A DNA stretch of 64,000 nucleotides from a virus (taxonomy: Duplodnaviria; Caudoviricetes). Within the stretch, counting starts at the first letter, position 1; every line of letters begins with the position of its first letter. Shown here piece after piece: positions 55,100 through 64,000 of this stretch. The DNA is taken from IMG/VR virus record IMGVR_UViG_3300032285_003957, positions 32,001 to 96,000 of that record; one strand, given 5' to 3'. Under the pieces are notes generated by a model. It did not search any database. It was not told the origin of the DNA and saw nothing but the letters and a program-made list of their open reading frames with translations. The translations under genes and the position numbers were made by a program.

Positions 55100-55501
55100 A
55101 TGCATCTAATATATGTCAATGAAATCGGCTCCGATTACAAAGGTCAAAAGCAATACGAATTCATCTTCAGTGAATCCACTGAAATTGACATGGGTGAATG
55201 GTTTGTAATTCCCGCATCTGCATCAACCCAACCAAAATCTCCTGACATGGAATATGTCGATGTGGTTGGTTTATTAAAAAATACTGATTTACAATTAGAC
55301 TTAATTCAAGACTCCGATTATTTCGGAGTCATTGATGCTGTAGATGGTGTCATAGCGTTAGCATGGGAAAAATTCGATTTTGACGCCGAAAATGAAAGGT
55401 TAACTTTTAAATTCGGAGAATCGATTGATAGCGTAACTAAAAAATTAAAACAAAGGTCATTTGTTTTATTAAAAGAAGAAATAAATTTCAAGAATATATG
55501 A
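55100..55501 (+). CDS. hypothetical protein
   Basis: 133-aa ORF in the head operon. Confidence 0.65.
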   Translation: MHLIYVNEIGSDYKGQKQYEFIFSESTEIDMGEWFVIPASASTQPKSPDMEYVDVVGLLKNTDLQLDLIQDSDYFGVIDAVDGVIALAWEKFDFDAENERLTFKFGESIDSVTKKLKQRSFVLLKEEINFKNI

Positions 55502-56772
55502 AACGTTCAGAATTAATACAAAAATTGGTTAATGAAGGAATGTCAGCAAAAACGTTGGCTAATTTCAATGACAACCAAATAAATGATTTAGCTAAAAGAA
55601 TGTTAGGTGAACAAGCGACACAAACATCAGGAAAAGCTCCTGTAACTGTAAGTGCAAAATTACCTAACGCTGCTCAAATTGCTACAGGTTTATCTAATTC
55701 AGGGACACCTGCAAATATTGGTGAAGAATTAAAAGGTGGTCAAAAGAAATTAGATAAAAATCATAACGGTAAAATTGACGCTCAAGATTTTAAAATATTA
55801 AGAGGTCAAAAAAAGAAAGAAGTTAAAGAAGATTTAAAAGGCGACCAAAAGAAAATTGATGCAAATCACAATGGTAAAATTGACGGTCAAGATTTTAAAA
55901 TATTAAAAGCTAAAAAAGAAGATATGAAGGAGGCTGATATGGGATTAACCGTTAAAGCTCCAAAATCAAGTGGTTCAGTATTTGGTGCACCTGTTAAGGG
56001 CGCAGCAAAAACAACACCTAAGAAAAAAACAGCCCCTAAAAAGAAAGAGGTTGAAGCAACTGAGGAAGATGAATCTGATGATTCATTGCATGATGTAATT
56101 CATAACGCAATTAAGGAAAAATTAACTAAGGATTTGGATAGAGAACCTACTGATGACGAGGTTAAAGACGCACATAAGAATTATGTTAACGATTGTAAAG
56201 ACGATTCAAATGAAGAAGAGTCTGATGAAAAATCTGATGATGAAAGCGATATGGATGAATCAAAACCATCTGCAGGTCTTTCTAAAGAGAAAAAAAGTGA
56301 AGTTGTAAAGAAAGCTAAGAAGGGTGGTGATATTGGTAAAAAAGGTAAAGGATTTGAAAAATTAGCGGATAAAGCAGCTAAGGAATATGGTAGTAAAGAA
56401 AAGGGCGAAAAGGTTGCAGCTGCAGCTATGTGGAAGAATCTTAATAGAGAACAAAAGGAAGTAAATAATTGGGTAAATAATTTGGCTGAAAGTAATTTTT
56501 ATCATAGTTTTACGTCAAAAGAAGAAATTATGGAACTTATCAGCACAAAATTAACAGAAGCAGACATGGCAGTTGCACACGGTCCAAACGTAAAAAAAGG
56601 TCACAATGGTGTTCCTGAATTTATGAGTTACGAATCAATTAAATCTGCGGGTCCCGCAACAGCACCAACAAAACCAACAGTTAAACCAGGAACTAAACCA
56701 GGTGAAAAACCAAAAACACCTTATAATCCGGGCAAAAAACCTAATCCAAAGCCAAAAGCTTCGTTTGAGTAA
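55498..56772 (+). CDS. candidate head protein with two EF-hand-like repeats
   Basis: DKNHNGKIDAQDF and DANHNGKIDGQDF. Confidence 0.65.
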   Translation: MKRSELIQKLVNEGMSAKTLANFNDNQINDLAKRMLGEQATQTSGKAPVTVSAKLPNAAQIATGLSNSGTPANIGEELKGGQKKLDKNHNGKIDAQDFKILRGQKKKEVKEDLKGDQKKIDANHNGKIDGQDFKILKAKKEDMKEADMGLTVKAPKSSGSVFGAPVKGAAKTTPKKKTAPKKKEVEATEEDESDDSLHDVIHNAIKEKLTKDLDREPTDDEVKDAHKNYVNDCKDDSNEEESDEKSDDESDMDESKPSAGLSKEKKSEVVKKAKKGGDIGKKGKGFEKLADKAAKEYGSKEKGEKVAAAAMWKNLNREQKEVNNWVNNLAESNFYHSFTSKEEIMELISTKLTEADMAVAHGPNVKKGHNGVPEFMSYESIKSAGPATAPTKPTVKPGTKPGEKPKTPYNPGKKPNPKPKASFE

Positions 56773-56787
56773 AAAATATTTGTATAA

Positions 56788-58149
56788 ATGAAATTTTCTA
56801 AAAAGAATTTGTTATCTTTGATTGAATCAAACATTAATGAGATGGCAATGGATTATGATACACCCGATAGACCGCATGGTGATATTACGGGTAAATTAGA
56901 AACAGGAGATACTCCGTTACAAAAAATTCCTTTACCTCAAACAGGTAGAGAAGAAGGTGCACCGGGTCAAAATTTCCAAGAGTTATTAGCATCTGAAAGA
57001 TATAAGCAAGTAGTAGCTAAAGTTAGACAATATACAGGTCAAAACGCACCAATGAACGCTGATAGAGGTATAGGTCCTTTAACTCAGATGATGATGGGTG
57101 CTCATAACAGAATTGTTCAAATTGAAGCATCACACAGAGCTGAGTTAGAACAATTAGCTGTTGAATTGGTAATGAAAGAAATGGGCATTCCTGAAGGTTC
57201 ATTCCAATGGGATGTTAAAATTGTAGGTATGGGTGAAATTAATACCGATAATTTTAATAGAGAACAACAACAAGAACCCCAAATACCTCAAGTAAACATT
57301 GAAGTTGAGGAGGAGTTAATGACAGATTTGGAGCAGTTGAATCTAGAGAAAGCCAAAAGAAGAATGATGAATGCTATGATACAAGGCGCATCTAAAAAAG
57401 GCCATTACATGTATCATTTAGTTCCTGAAAGAATACAGCAAATCACTGGTTCACAAACATTATTAAACGACTATGGCATATTGATGTCAATTAACGATAG
57501 CTTATATTGGCAATTGGGTGATGACACAATGCAAATGATGATGAATTCTGCAGGTGGTGTTGGTGGTAAAGAAGAGGTAGATACTCAAACAGACCCTCCA
57601 ACAATTAAAGTTAGAGCGTTGAATTTCCCTATATGTGTTCACGAATGTATAAAGGGTGTTATGGAAATATTTGCAATTCACGGTCAACCTGAAGATGACG
57701 AAATGAATCAAGCGGTTTCTGATAGTGAAGACACATTAGAAAAAGAAATGTGGGATTTACGTTTAGGACCTGCTATTTGGGATAGAATCAGATTACAAAT
57801 GCCAGAGGATATTTTAACCGATGAAAATAAAGTTGAAATACAAAACTACTTGTTAATGGAAATTTTCAAGTTACCTGCAAAAAAGTTTTTAGTTTTATGT
57901 AAGGAAGTGGTATCAGGTAGTGATGCAGGTAAGAGATTACTTAGTGAATTAACAGATAACATCATCAAAACGTTTAATGACGAAGAAATTAACGATTTAT
58001 TTAATAGTGATTTAGACCAATTGACTGATGAAGAAGATGACGACGAATTAAAAAGTTGGTTGAATTCAATAGGCGTTGATTTACCAAATAGTGGAAATGA
58101 CGACGAAGAAGATGACGATGACGGTGGGGAGTTAGTTCCTGCGAGATAA
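56788..58149 (+). CDS. candidate head/internal protein
   Basis: 453 aa; INE leader; directly before terminase. Confidence 0.6.
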   Translation: MKFSKKNLLSLIESNINEMAMDYDTPDRPHGDITGKLETGDTPLQKIPLPQTGREEGAPGQNFQELLASERYKQVVAKVRQYTGQNAPMNADRGIGPLTQMMMGAHNRIVQIEASHRAELEQLAVELVMKEMGIPEGSFQWDVKIVGMGEINTDNFNREQQQEPQIPQVNIEVEEELMTDLEQLNLEKAKRRMMNAMIQGASKKGHYMYHLVPERIQQITGSQTLLNDYGILMSINDSLYWQLGDDTMQMMMNSAGGVGGKEEVDTQTDPPTIKVRALNFPICVHECIKGVMEIFAIHGQPEDDEMNQAVSDSEDTLEKEMWDLRLGPAIWDRIRLQMPEDILTDENKVEIQNYLLMEIFKLPAKKFLVLCKEVVSGSDAGKRLLSELTDNIIKTFNDEEINDLFNSDLDQLTDEEDDDELKSWLNSIGVDLPNSGNDDEEDDDDGGELVPAR

Positions 58150-58154
58150 TATTG

Positions 58155-58181
58155 AAAAGAGGGTTTTAACCCTCTTTTTTT
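58155..58181 (+). terminator. intrinsic terminator before terminase
   Basis: aaaagagggtt-tt-aaccctcttttt. Confidence 0.8.
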
Positions 58182-58193
58182 GTATTTATATAT

Positions 58194-59975
58194 ATGAATT
58201 CAAAAATAGAACAATTAAAAGAATACGCAAGAATTATTAAAGATACACCATATGCTTTGAAAACATATCTTCAAACATATGACAATACGCAGAAGAAATA
58301 CGTTCCAATGGATTTATTTCCTGACCAAATTCAATTGATTGAGGATTACGAAAAGTATAACGAAAATATCACAAGGAAATATAGACAAGCAGGTGTTACT
58401 ACAGTAACAGCAGCATGGTTATCAAAAAAATTACAATTAGCAAAACCTGAAAACCCCGAAAGAGTCTTAGTTATTGCGAACAAAAAAGATACTGCAGTGG
58501 AAATGGCTAACAAGATTAGACATTTCTTAGAACAATGGCCAGAATGGTTAAACGTAGGGTTTTCACCTGATAAAAACTCTGAAAGTAGATTTAGATTAAA
58601 CAATGGTTGTGAAGTAAAAGCGGTAGCAACATCTGCGGATGCATTACGTGGTTATACACCAACAGTATTGGTATTTGACGAAGCTGCTTATATTGAAGCG
58701 GGAGAAGATTTTTGGGCGGCGTCTATGGCCTCACTTTCTACGGGAGGTAAAATTATATTAGTATCAACACCGAATGGTTATGACCCGATTTATTATGGTG
58801 TTTTTGACCAAGCATTACGCGGTATAAATGATTTCCATATTACAGACTTAAGATGGTTTAAAGACCCTCGTTATACCAAAGATTTACGTTGGGTTAAGTG
58901 TAGTGATATTTGTCATTACATGTTAAACAGAGAACAATACAATGATGATGAAGTTGTTATGTATGATTTTGATATTGAAAAATATGAAGAATACATGGAA
59001 CAAGGTTACAAACCATTCTCATCTTGGTTTGAATCAATGTCAAAAAAATTCAAATATGATAGACGTAAGATTGCACAAGAGTTGGAATGTGACTTTTTAG
59101 GTTCGGGTGATGGTGTAATTCCTGGTGAAGTCCAAGAGAACATTGCTAAGAATTTAGTTAGACAACCAAAAGAAAAATATATGCAAGGAACTTTCTGGCA
59201 ATGGAAAGAACCAATTCAAGGACATCGTTATATTATGGGTGTCGATGTTAGTAGAGGAGATAGCGAAGACTTTTCATCAATTAACATTGTTGATTTTGAT
59301 GATAGAGAACAGGTTGTTGAATATATTGGAAAAATACCTCCTGATGACTTAGCTGCAATTGCATACAAATGGGGAATATTATATGACGCATTTATCGTTA
59401 TAGATATCACAGGCGGTATGGGTATCGCAACGTCAAGAAAGTTACAAGAATTAAATTATAAACACCTTTATATTGATGGTGTAAACACACAAAATATTTG
59501 GGAATACAATAAAAAAGCCATGGAGAAAATCCCTGGTTTAAACTTTAATAATAAAAGAACACAAATTGTTGCAGCATTTGAAGAACAAGTAAGAAAGGGA
59601 TTTGCAATTCGTTCTACCAGATTATTAAATGAACTTAACACGTTTGTTTACATAAATGGTAGACCTGATCACATGAAAGGAGCACATGATGATTCAATCA
59701 TGAGTTTATCTATGGCATTGTATGCTGGTGACATGTGTTTCAATCAGTTACAAAAAAATGATGCAAAAAATAAGGCCATGATTGAGTCTTGGGTATCATC
59801 AGAAAGAACATACGAAGCAAATAAAACCTTTTATTCATACGGAACATCTTTAGACCCAATAGGTTCTATGGCCATGGATGGTGGTGTTAATAACATATTT
59901 CATCAAAATAACGACACTCGATTACCACAAGAATCATATAAGGAGTTCGGTTGGTTATTCGGTAGACCAAGATAA
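58194..59975 (+). CDS. terminase large subunit (T4 gp17-like)
   Basis: KYRQAGVTT, VFDEAAYI, STPNG, GVDVSRG, HDD motifs. Confidence 0.95.
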   Translation: MNSKIEQLKEYARIIKDTPYALKTYLQTYDNTQKKYVPMDLFPDQIQLIEDYEKYNENITRKYRQAGVTTVTAAWLSKKLQLAKPENPERVLVIANKKDTAVEMANKIRHFLEQWPEWLNVGFSPDKNSESRFRLNNGCEVKAVATSADALRGYTPTVLVFDEAAYIEAGEDFWAASMASLSTGGKIILVSTPNGYDPIYYGVFDQALRGINDFHITDLRWFKDPRYTKDLRWVKCSDICHYMLNREQYNDDEVVMYDFDIEKYEEYMEQGYKPFSSWFESMSKKFKYDRRKIAQELECDFLGSGDGVIPGEVQENIAKNLVRQPKEKYMQGTFWQWKEPIQGHRYIMGVDVSRGDSEDFSSINIVDFDDREQVVEYIGKIPPDDLAAIAYKWGILYDAFIVIDITGGMGIATSRKLQELNYKHLYIDGVNTQNIWEYNKKAMEKIPGLNFNNKRTQIVAAFEEQVRKGFAIRSTRLLNELNTFVYINGRPDHMKGAHDDSIMSLSMALYAGDMCFNQLQKNDAKNKAMIESWVSSERTYEANKTFYSYGTSLDPIGSMAMDGGVNNIFHQNNDTRLPQESYKEFGWLFGRPR

Positions 59976-60029
59976 TATACATTTTATCAATTATTAATGT
60001 TATATTCTTAAAGAAAACTATTTATATAC

Positions 60030-61868
60030 ATGGCAGAGCAAAACATGACAGTCTTTCAGAAACTTACCAAGATGTTTGGTTATCCTGGTAAAGTTGACCA
60101 AGAAAAGTCACCTTCGTTTAATTTTTCAAAAGACGAGTTATTAAAAACAGATAGCAAAGAAGAATATGAAAAGGCCTTGTTACAAGCACAGCAATCATCA
60201 TACATTGCTGACAAATGGACAAAACTTGATCAATCTTTATACAATCAATCGGTTTATTATGAACCAAATAGATTAGCAGCATATTACGATTATGAATCAA
60301 TGGAGTTTACTCCTGAAATTTCAGCGGCGTTAGACATCTATTCAGAAGAATCTACAACGATGTCTGAAAAGGGTGAAATATTAACCATATTTTCGGATTC
60401 AGATAGAATTAAAACTGAATTGGATGATTTGTTTAATAACAAATTAGACATTAACACAAACTTACAAATGTGGGCTCGTGGTTTATGTAAGTATGGTGAT
60501 AATTTTGTTTACTTAAAAATTGACCCTGAAGCAGGTATTGTTGGTGTTCAACAATTACCAAATATTGAAATAGAAAGAATTGAAGGTGCTTCATCAAAAT
60601 CACCTGTTCAAAGAGAGATTAAATTACCATCAAGAGAATTACGTTTCCAATGGAAAAATAAAGAAATGGAATTCCAAGCATGGGAAGTTGCTCACTTTAG
60701 ATTATTAGGTGACGATAGAAAGTTACCATATGGAACATCAATGTTGGATAAGGTTAGAAGAATTTGGAAACAATTACTTTTAGCTGAAGATGCTATGTTA
60801 ATTTATAGAACAACAAGAGCACCTGAAAGACGTGTGTTTAAAGTGTTTGTGGGTAACATGGATGATAAAGACATCGAACCATATGTTCAACGTGTTGCGA
60901 ATAAGTTTAAAAGACAAGCTGTTCCTGATGCTCGTAATGGTCAAGTGGATATGAGATTTAATCAAATGGCGGTAGACCAAGATTATTTCATTCCTGTTCG
61001 TGACCCATCACAATCAAGTCCAATTGAAACTTTAGCAGGCGCTCAAAATTTAGGTGAGATTGCGGACATTGAATATATTCAAAAGAAAATGTTAGCAGCT
61101 CTTCGTATTCCTAAGGCTTTCTTAGGTTTTGAAGAAGTTGTTGGTGATGGTAAGAATCTTGCATTAATGGATATTCGTTTTGCAAGAACAATCAATAAAA
61201 TTCAAAAGTCTTTAATACAAGAGTTAAATAAAGTTGCGTTAATCCATTTATACCTTTTAGGTATGGAAGATGAATTAAACAACTTCCAATTATCTTTAAG
61301 TAATCCATCGACACAATCTGATTTATTAAAAATTGAATCTTGGAAAGAAAAAATAACATTGTATAAAGACGCAACATCTGACCAATCACAAATAGGTATT
61401 TTACCTGTATCACATACATGGGCTAAAAAGAACATTCTTGGATTTAGTGATAACGATGTTATTCTTGATTTACAACAACAACGTCTTGAAAGAGCTATCG
61501 GATTTGAATTAACGAACACACAAAACATTATTAAACGTTCAGGTGTGTTTGATGAAGTGGATGCTAAATACGGTATACCTGAAGAAGAAAGAGAAAAGCT
61601 TGAAGCATCTGGCCAATTAGGTGGTGAAGCACCTGGTGGTGGAATGGGAGCTATGGGCGGCGGAGCATCAGCACCACCATCACCTGCGGGTGGAGGAGCG
61701 GAACCATTAAGCGAAGGTTACTCTAAACCAAATAAAACGAAGAAATCTAAAATATTAAGTCTATTGGGTGATGAAAGTTCTGAATTTAAAGATTTATTTA
61801 ATATGGAAAAGGCTCAACAGAATATTTATGAGATAGAAACAAAATTAAACGAAATTATAAACGAATAA
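60030..61868 (+). CDS. portal protein (T4 gp20-like)
   Basis: EDAMLIYRTTRAPERRVFKVFVGN, DYFIPVR, IETLAG motifs. Confidence 0.92.
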   Translation: MAEQNMTVFQKLTKMFGYPGKVDQEKSPSFNFSKDELLKTDSKEEYEKALLQAQQSSYIADKWTKLDQSLYNQSVYYEPNRLAAYYDYESMEFTPEISAALDIYSEESTTMSEKGEILTIFSDSDRIKTELDDLFNNKLDINTNLQMWARGLCKYGDNFVYLKIDPEAGIVGVQQLPNIEIERIEGASSKSPVQREIKLPSRELRFQWKNKEMEFQAWEVAHFRLLGDDRKLPYGTSMLDKVRRIWKQLLLAEDAMLIYRTTRAPERRVFKVFVGNMDDKDIEPYVQRVANKFKRQAVPDARNGQVDMRFNQMAVDQDYFIPVRDPSQSSPIETLAGAQNLGEIADIEYIQKKMLAALRIPKAFLGFEEVVGDGKNLALMDIRFARTINKIQKSLIQELNKVALIHLYLLGMEDELNNFQLSLSNPSTQSDLLKIESWKEKITLYKDATSDQSQIGILPVSHTWAKKNILGFSDNDVILDLQQQRLERAIGFELTNTQNIIKRSGVFDEVDAKYGIPEEEREKLEASGQLGGEAPGGGMGAMGGGASAPPSPAGGGAEPLSEGYSKPNKTKKSKILSLLGDESSEFKDLFNMEKAQQNIYEIETKLNEIINE

Positions 61869-61870
61869 AA

Positions 61871-62617
61871 ATGAATAAATTTGGCATTGTTAAATCAAAA
61901 TTGTTAACTAAGTTAACTGAATCTTACGCAAACGAAAATAAGGCGGAGATTAAAGATATTTTAACAACTATAAAGGAAAATAAAGATTTTAAAGAAATGT
62001 ATTTGTTCTATGAAGAAATCGAAAACAAGTATATTGAAGATAAGGATACCGCAAGATTATACGTTGAGGGATTAAATACGTATTTTGGTCAACCAATAGG
62101 TAATTGGGGTAAACTAAACATGTTTTGTGAATCTTTACATAATAAATTAGGTGATGTTGAAATTGTAACAAACGATTTATATGAAGCATTAGATGTATTA
62201 TCTGAACCTGACAAATTATCCAATATTGAAAAGAAGGTAACCGCAAAAAAGAAATTGGTGGAACATTTATCAACTAAAAAGGAAATTAAAGAATCAAAAG
62301 AAACAACATTAGTTCCAAACGAAAATTTATTAAACGCTGTTTTGGCAAACAATTTTAACGTATTATATTCAAATACACTATCTGAATCGGAAAAAGATGA
62401 ATTGAAAAATATCTTATCAATTTCACACGATGAATTAATAACTAAATCAAACGAATTAGCAGAATCGGTTATTAACCAAGTATCTACACTTTTAAGTGAA
62501 TCAAATGATACGGATTTATCCAACAAATTAAAGGCGGTAAAGGATGAGGTGACTCAAATGTCCCCGTCGCGATACAATTACTTTAGATTAAACGAATTAA
62601 AAAATGGTCTTAATTAA
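61871..62617 (+). CDS. hypothetical protein (head module)
   Basis: 248-aa helical ORF after portal. Confidence 0.7.
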   Translation: MNKFGIVKSKLLTKLTESYANENKAEIKDILTTIKENKDFKEMYLFYEEIENKYIEDKDTARLYVEGLNTYFGQPIGNWGKLNMFCESLHNKLGDVEIVTNDLYEALDVLSEPDKLSNIEKKVTAKKKLVEHLSTKKEIKESKETTLVPNENLLNAVLANNFNVLYSNTLSESEKDELKNILSISHDELITKSNELAESVINQVSTLLSESNDTDLSNKLKAVKDEVTQMSPSRYNYFRLNELKNGLN

Positions 62618-62801
62618 GACCATTTCTTTTTTGTTGAATATACACCGCTTTTAGCTTTTGCGTTCTTTTCTTAACTGAAGGTTTTACAAATACTTGTCTC
62701 ATCCTTAATTCTTGAACTTGCTTAACTTTTTGAACTTTATTTTTATAAGTTCTTAACGCTGTTTCAATACTTCTTTCTTTAGATAAATCAACGATAATCA
62801 T
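62610..62801 (-). CDS. rpsU: ribosomal protein bS21
   Basis: SIETALRTYKNKV..ELRMRQVFVKPSVKKR matches the bS21 pattern. Confidence 0.85.
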   Translation of the reverse strand: MIIVDLSKERSIETALRTYKNKVQKVKQVQELRMRQVFVKPSVKKRTQKLKAVYIQQKRNGLN

Positions 62802-62903
62802 ATTATATAATTATATAACAAAAATATAAAAAATTTTTGGAATTCTAAAATATTTTATTTATTTTTTAAATAACACCATAAAATATAATAATATGAAAAA
62901 TTA

Positions 62904-63329
62904 ATGAAAACAGGTAAGTATATCCCATTGGGGATTTACAACAATGTAAAAATCGGGTATGGAACAGTAGATTTTAAAAATCTTAAAACAATCTACTTAA
63001 AACTTAATTCTTGGTTACAACCCGAAATTGAAGATGAAGATTATGACAATCTAATTTTTAAAACAAGAAAACAAATAAAGCAAATTATCTATAATATGGG
63101 TAATGCCAATTTCAAACAACAATGTATTGTTGATTTGGACATAAGGACCAAAGGTATTAAAATGGAAAAAAGGTCTTTTATGAATTTGGAAATCACATTA
63201 TATGTTGACAAATTCTTTGATGTTAAGTCAAAAGAAATAAAAACGTTAACAAGAACTATCATGGAAACCGTTGTTGATAATGGTTTAACGGATAAAAAGC
63301 TATTCAATTTTCATAATACTAAAAAATAA
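62904..63329 (+). CDS. hypothetical protein
   Basis: 141-aa ORF between bS21 and the protease. Confidence 0.7.
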   Translation: MKTGKYIPLGIYNNVKIGYGTVDFKNLKTIYLKLNSWLQPEIEDEDYDNLIFKTRKQIKQIIYNMGNANFKQQCIVDLDIRTKGIKMEKRSFMNLEITLYVDKFFDVKSKEIKTLTRTIMETVVDNGLTDKKLFNFHNTKK

Positions 63330-63367
63330 TAGCGATATCGAAGTATTTATAGAAATAAAATCTATAG

Positions 63368-64000
63368 ATGAAGATATTAGGACCAAAAGATTCCGGTCAC
63401 GGAATATTAATTGAATACGACGCGGGACATGTTTCCGCTGAAGAAAATAAGCATATTCTTAGAGAAGCGAAGGATATAGATTTTTCGCAAGATTTAATTT
63501 TATACGCAGTTTTACAAAAATATGACACTCCTAATAAGAATGGTAGGATTTATCCTAAACCCATTCTTATGAGGGAGAATGAGAAATATCAATCCGTAAT
63601 TAAAAAAGGTGGTGCTCTAAATGAATTAAACCACCCATCCTCATCCCTTATTGATTTAGACCGTGTATCACACTCAATTCTTGAGACTTGGTGGGACGGT
63701 AAAATGTTAATGGGAAAAATCAAATTATTCACATCACCCGGTTGGAGAAAAATGGGTATTGTATCCACTAAAGGAGACCAAGCTGCAATGTTATTAATGA
63801 ACGGAGCAACTTTAGGTATCTCATCACGTGGTGTCGGTTCTTTAAAGAACGTTAAAGGTGAAAACATTGTTCAAGACGATTATGAATTAGTTTGTTTTGA
63901 CTTAGTTTCTTCACCATCAACACCTGGTGCATATGTTTTCCAAGATTTAAAAGATAGGGATCAATATCAAGAATCAGTGCAAGAAAAACCCCAAGAAGTG
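63368..64000 (+). CDS. prohead core protease (T4 gp21-like), 3' partial
   Basis: manually translated from ATG 63368: NKNGRIYP, ELNHP, GISSRGVGS, FDLVSSPSTPGA. Confidence 0.9.
   Translation, partial: MKILGPKDSGHGILIEYDAGHVSAEENKHILREAKDIDFSQDLILYAVLQKYDTPNKNGRIYPKPILMRENEKYQSVIKKGGALNELNHPSSSLIDLDRVSHSILETWWDGKMLMGKIKLFTSPGWRKMGIVSTKGDQAAMLLMNGATLGISSRGVGSLKNVKGENIVQDDYELVCFDLVSSPSTPGAYVFQDLKDRDQYQESVQEKPQEV

Noticed and set aside
1-64000. rRNA genes, IS elements or integrase
   Set aside because: None recognisable; the only mobile-type genes are HNH and GIY-YIG-like nucleases.

Overview
This window is part of an AT-rich, large T4-like phage genome that most likely infects Bacteroidota. The host call rests on TAnnTTTG host-type promoter boxes, a Gly-resuming tmRNA tag, bS21 and T9SS-CTD-like proteins. 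It holds an endolysin, a glycosylation cluster (10.4-18.5 kb), candidate virion proteins with 'ITESQ...LNE' leaders, a tmRNA and an approximately 800-nt GOLLD-like ncRNA. Two minus-strand tRNA arrays (13 + 13 tRNAs) together cover all 20 amino acids and are interleaved with tRNA-like RNAs. A secreted/outer-membrane protein operon follows at 36.3-46.9 kb, then an RNA repair module (Rnl1-type ligase and kinase), ClpC/Hsp20/KTSC genes and the head module (terminase, portal, bS21, prohead protease). The main finding is that each tRNA array sits behind a promoter, a short leader ORF and an intrinsic terminator, with an antiterminator segment near the end of the leader. Each leader's codons list almost exactly the isoacceptors in its own downstream array. 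This looks like a ribosome-stalling attenuator that lets the phage sense loss of any tRNA and switch on the matching replacements. All calls were made by eye, without database searches or folding software.
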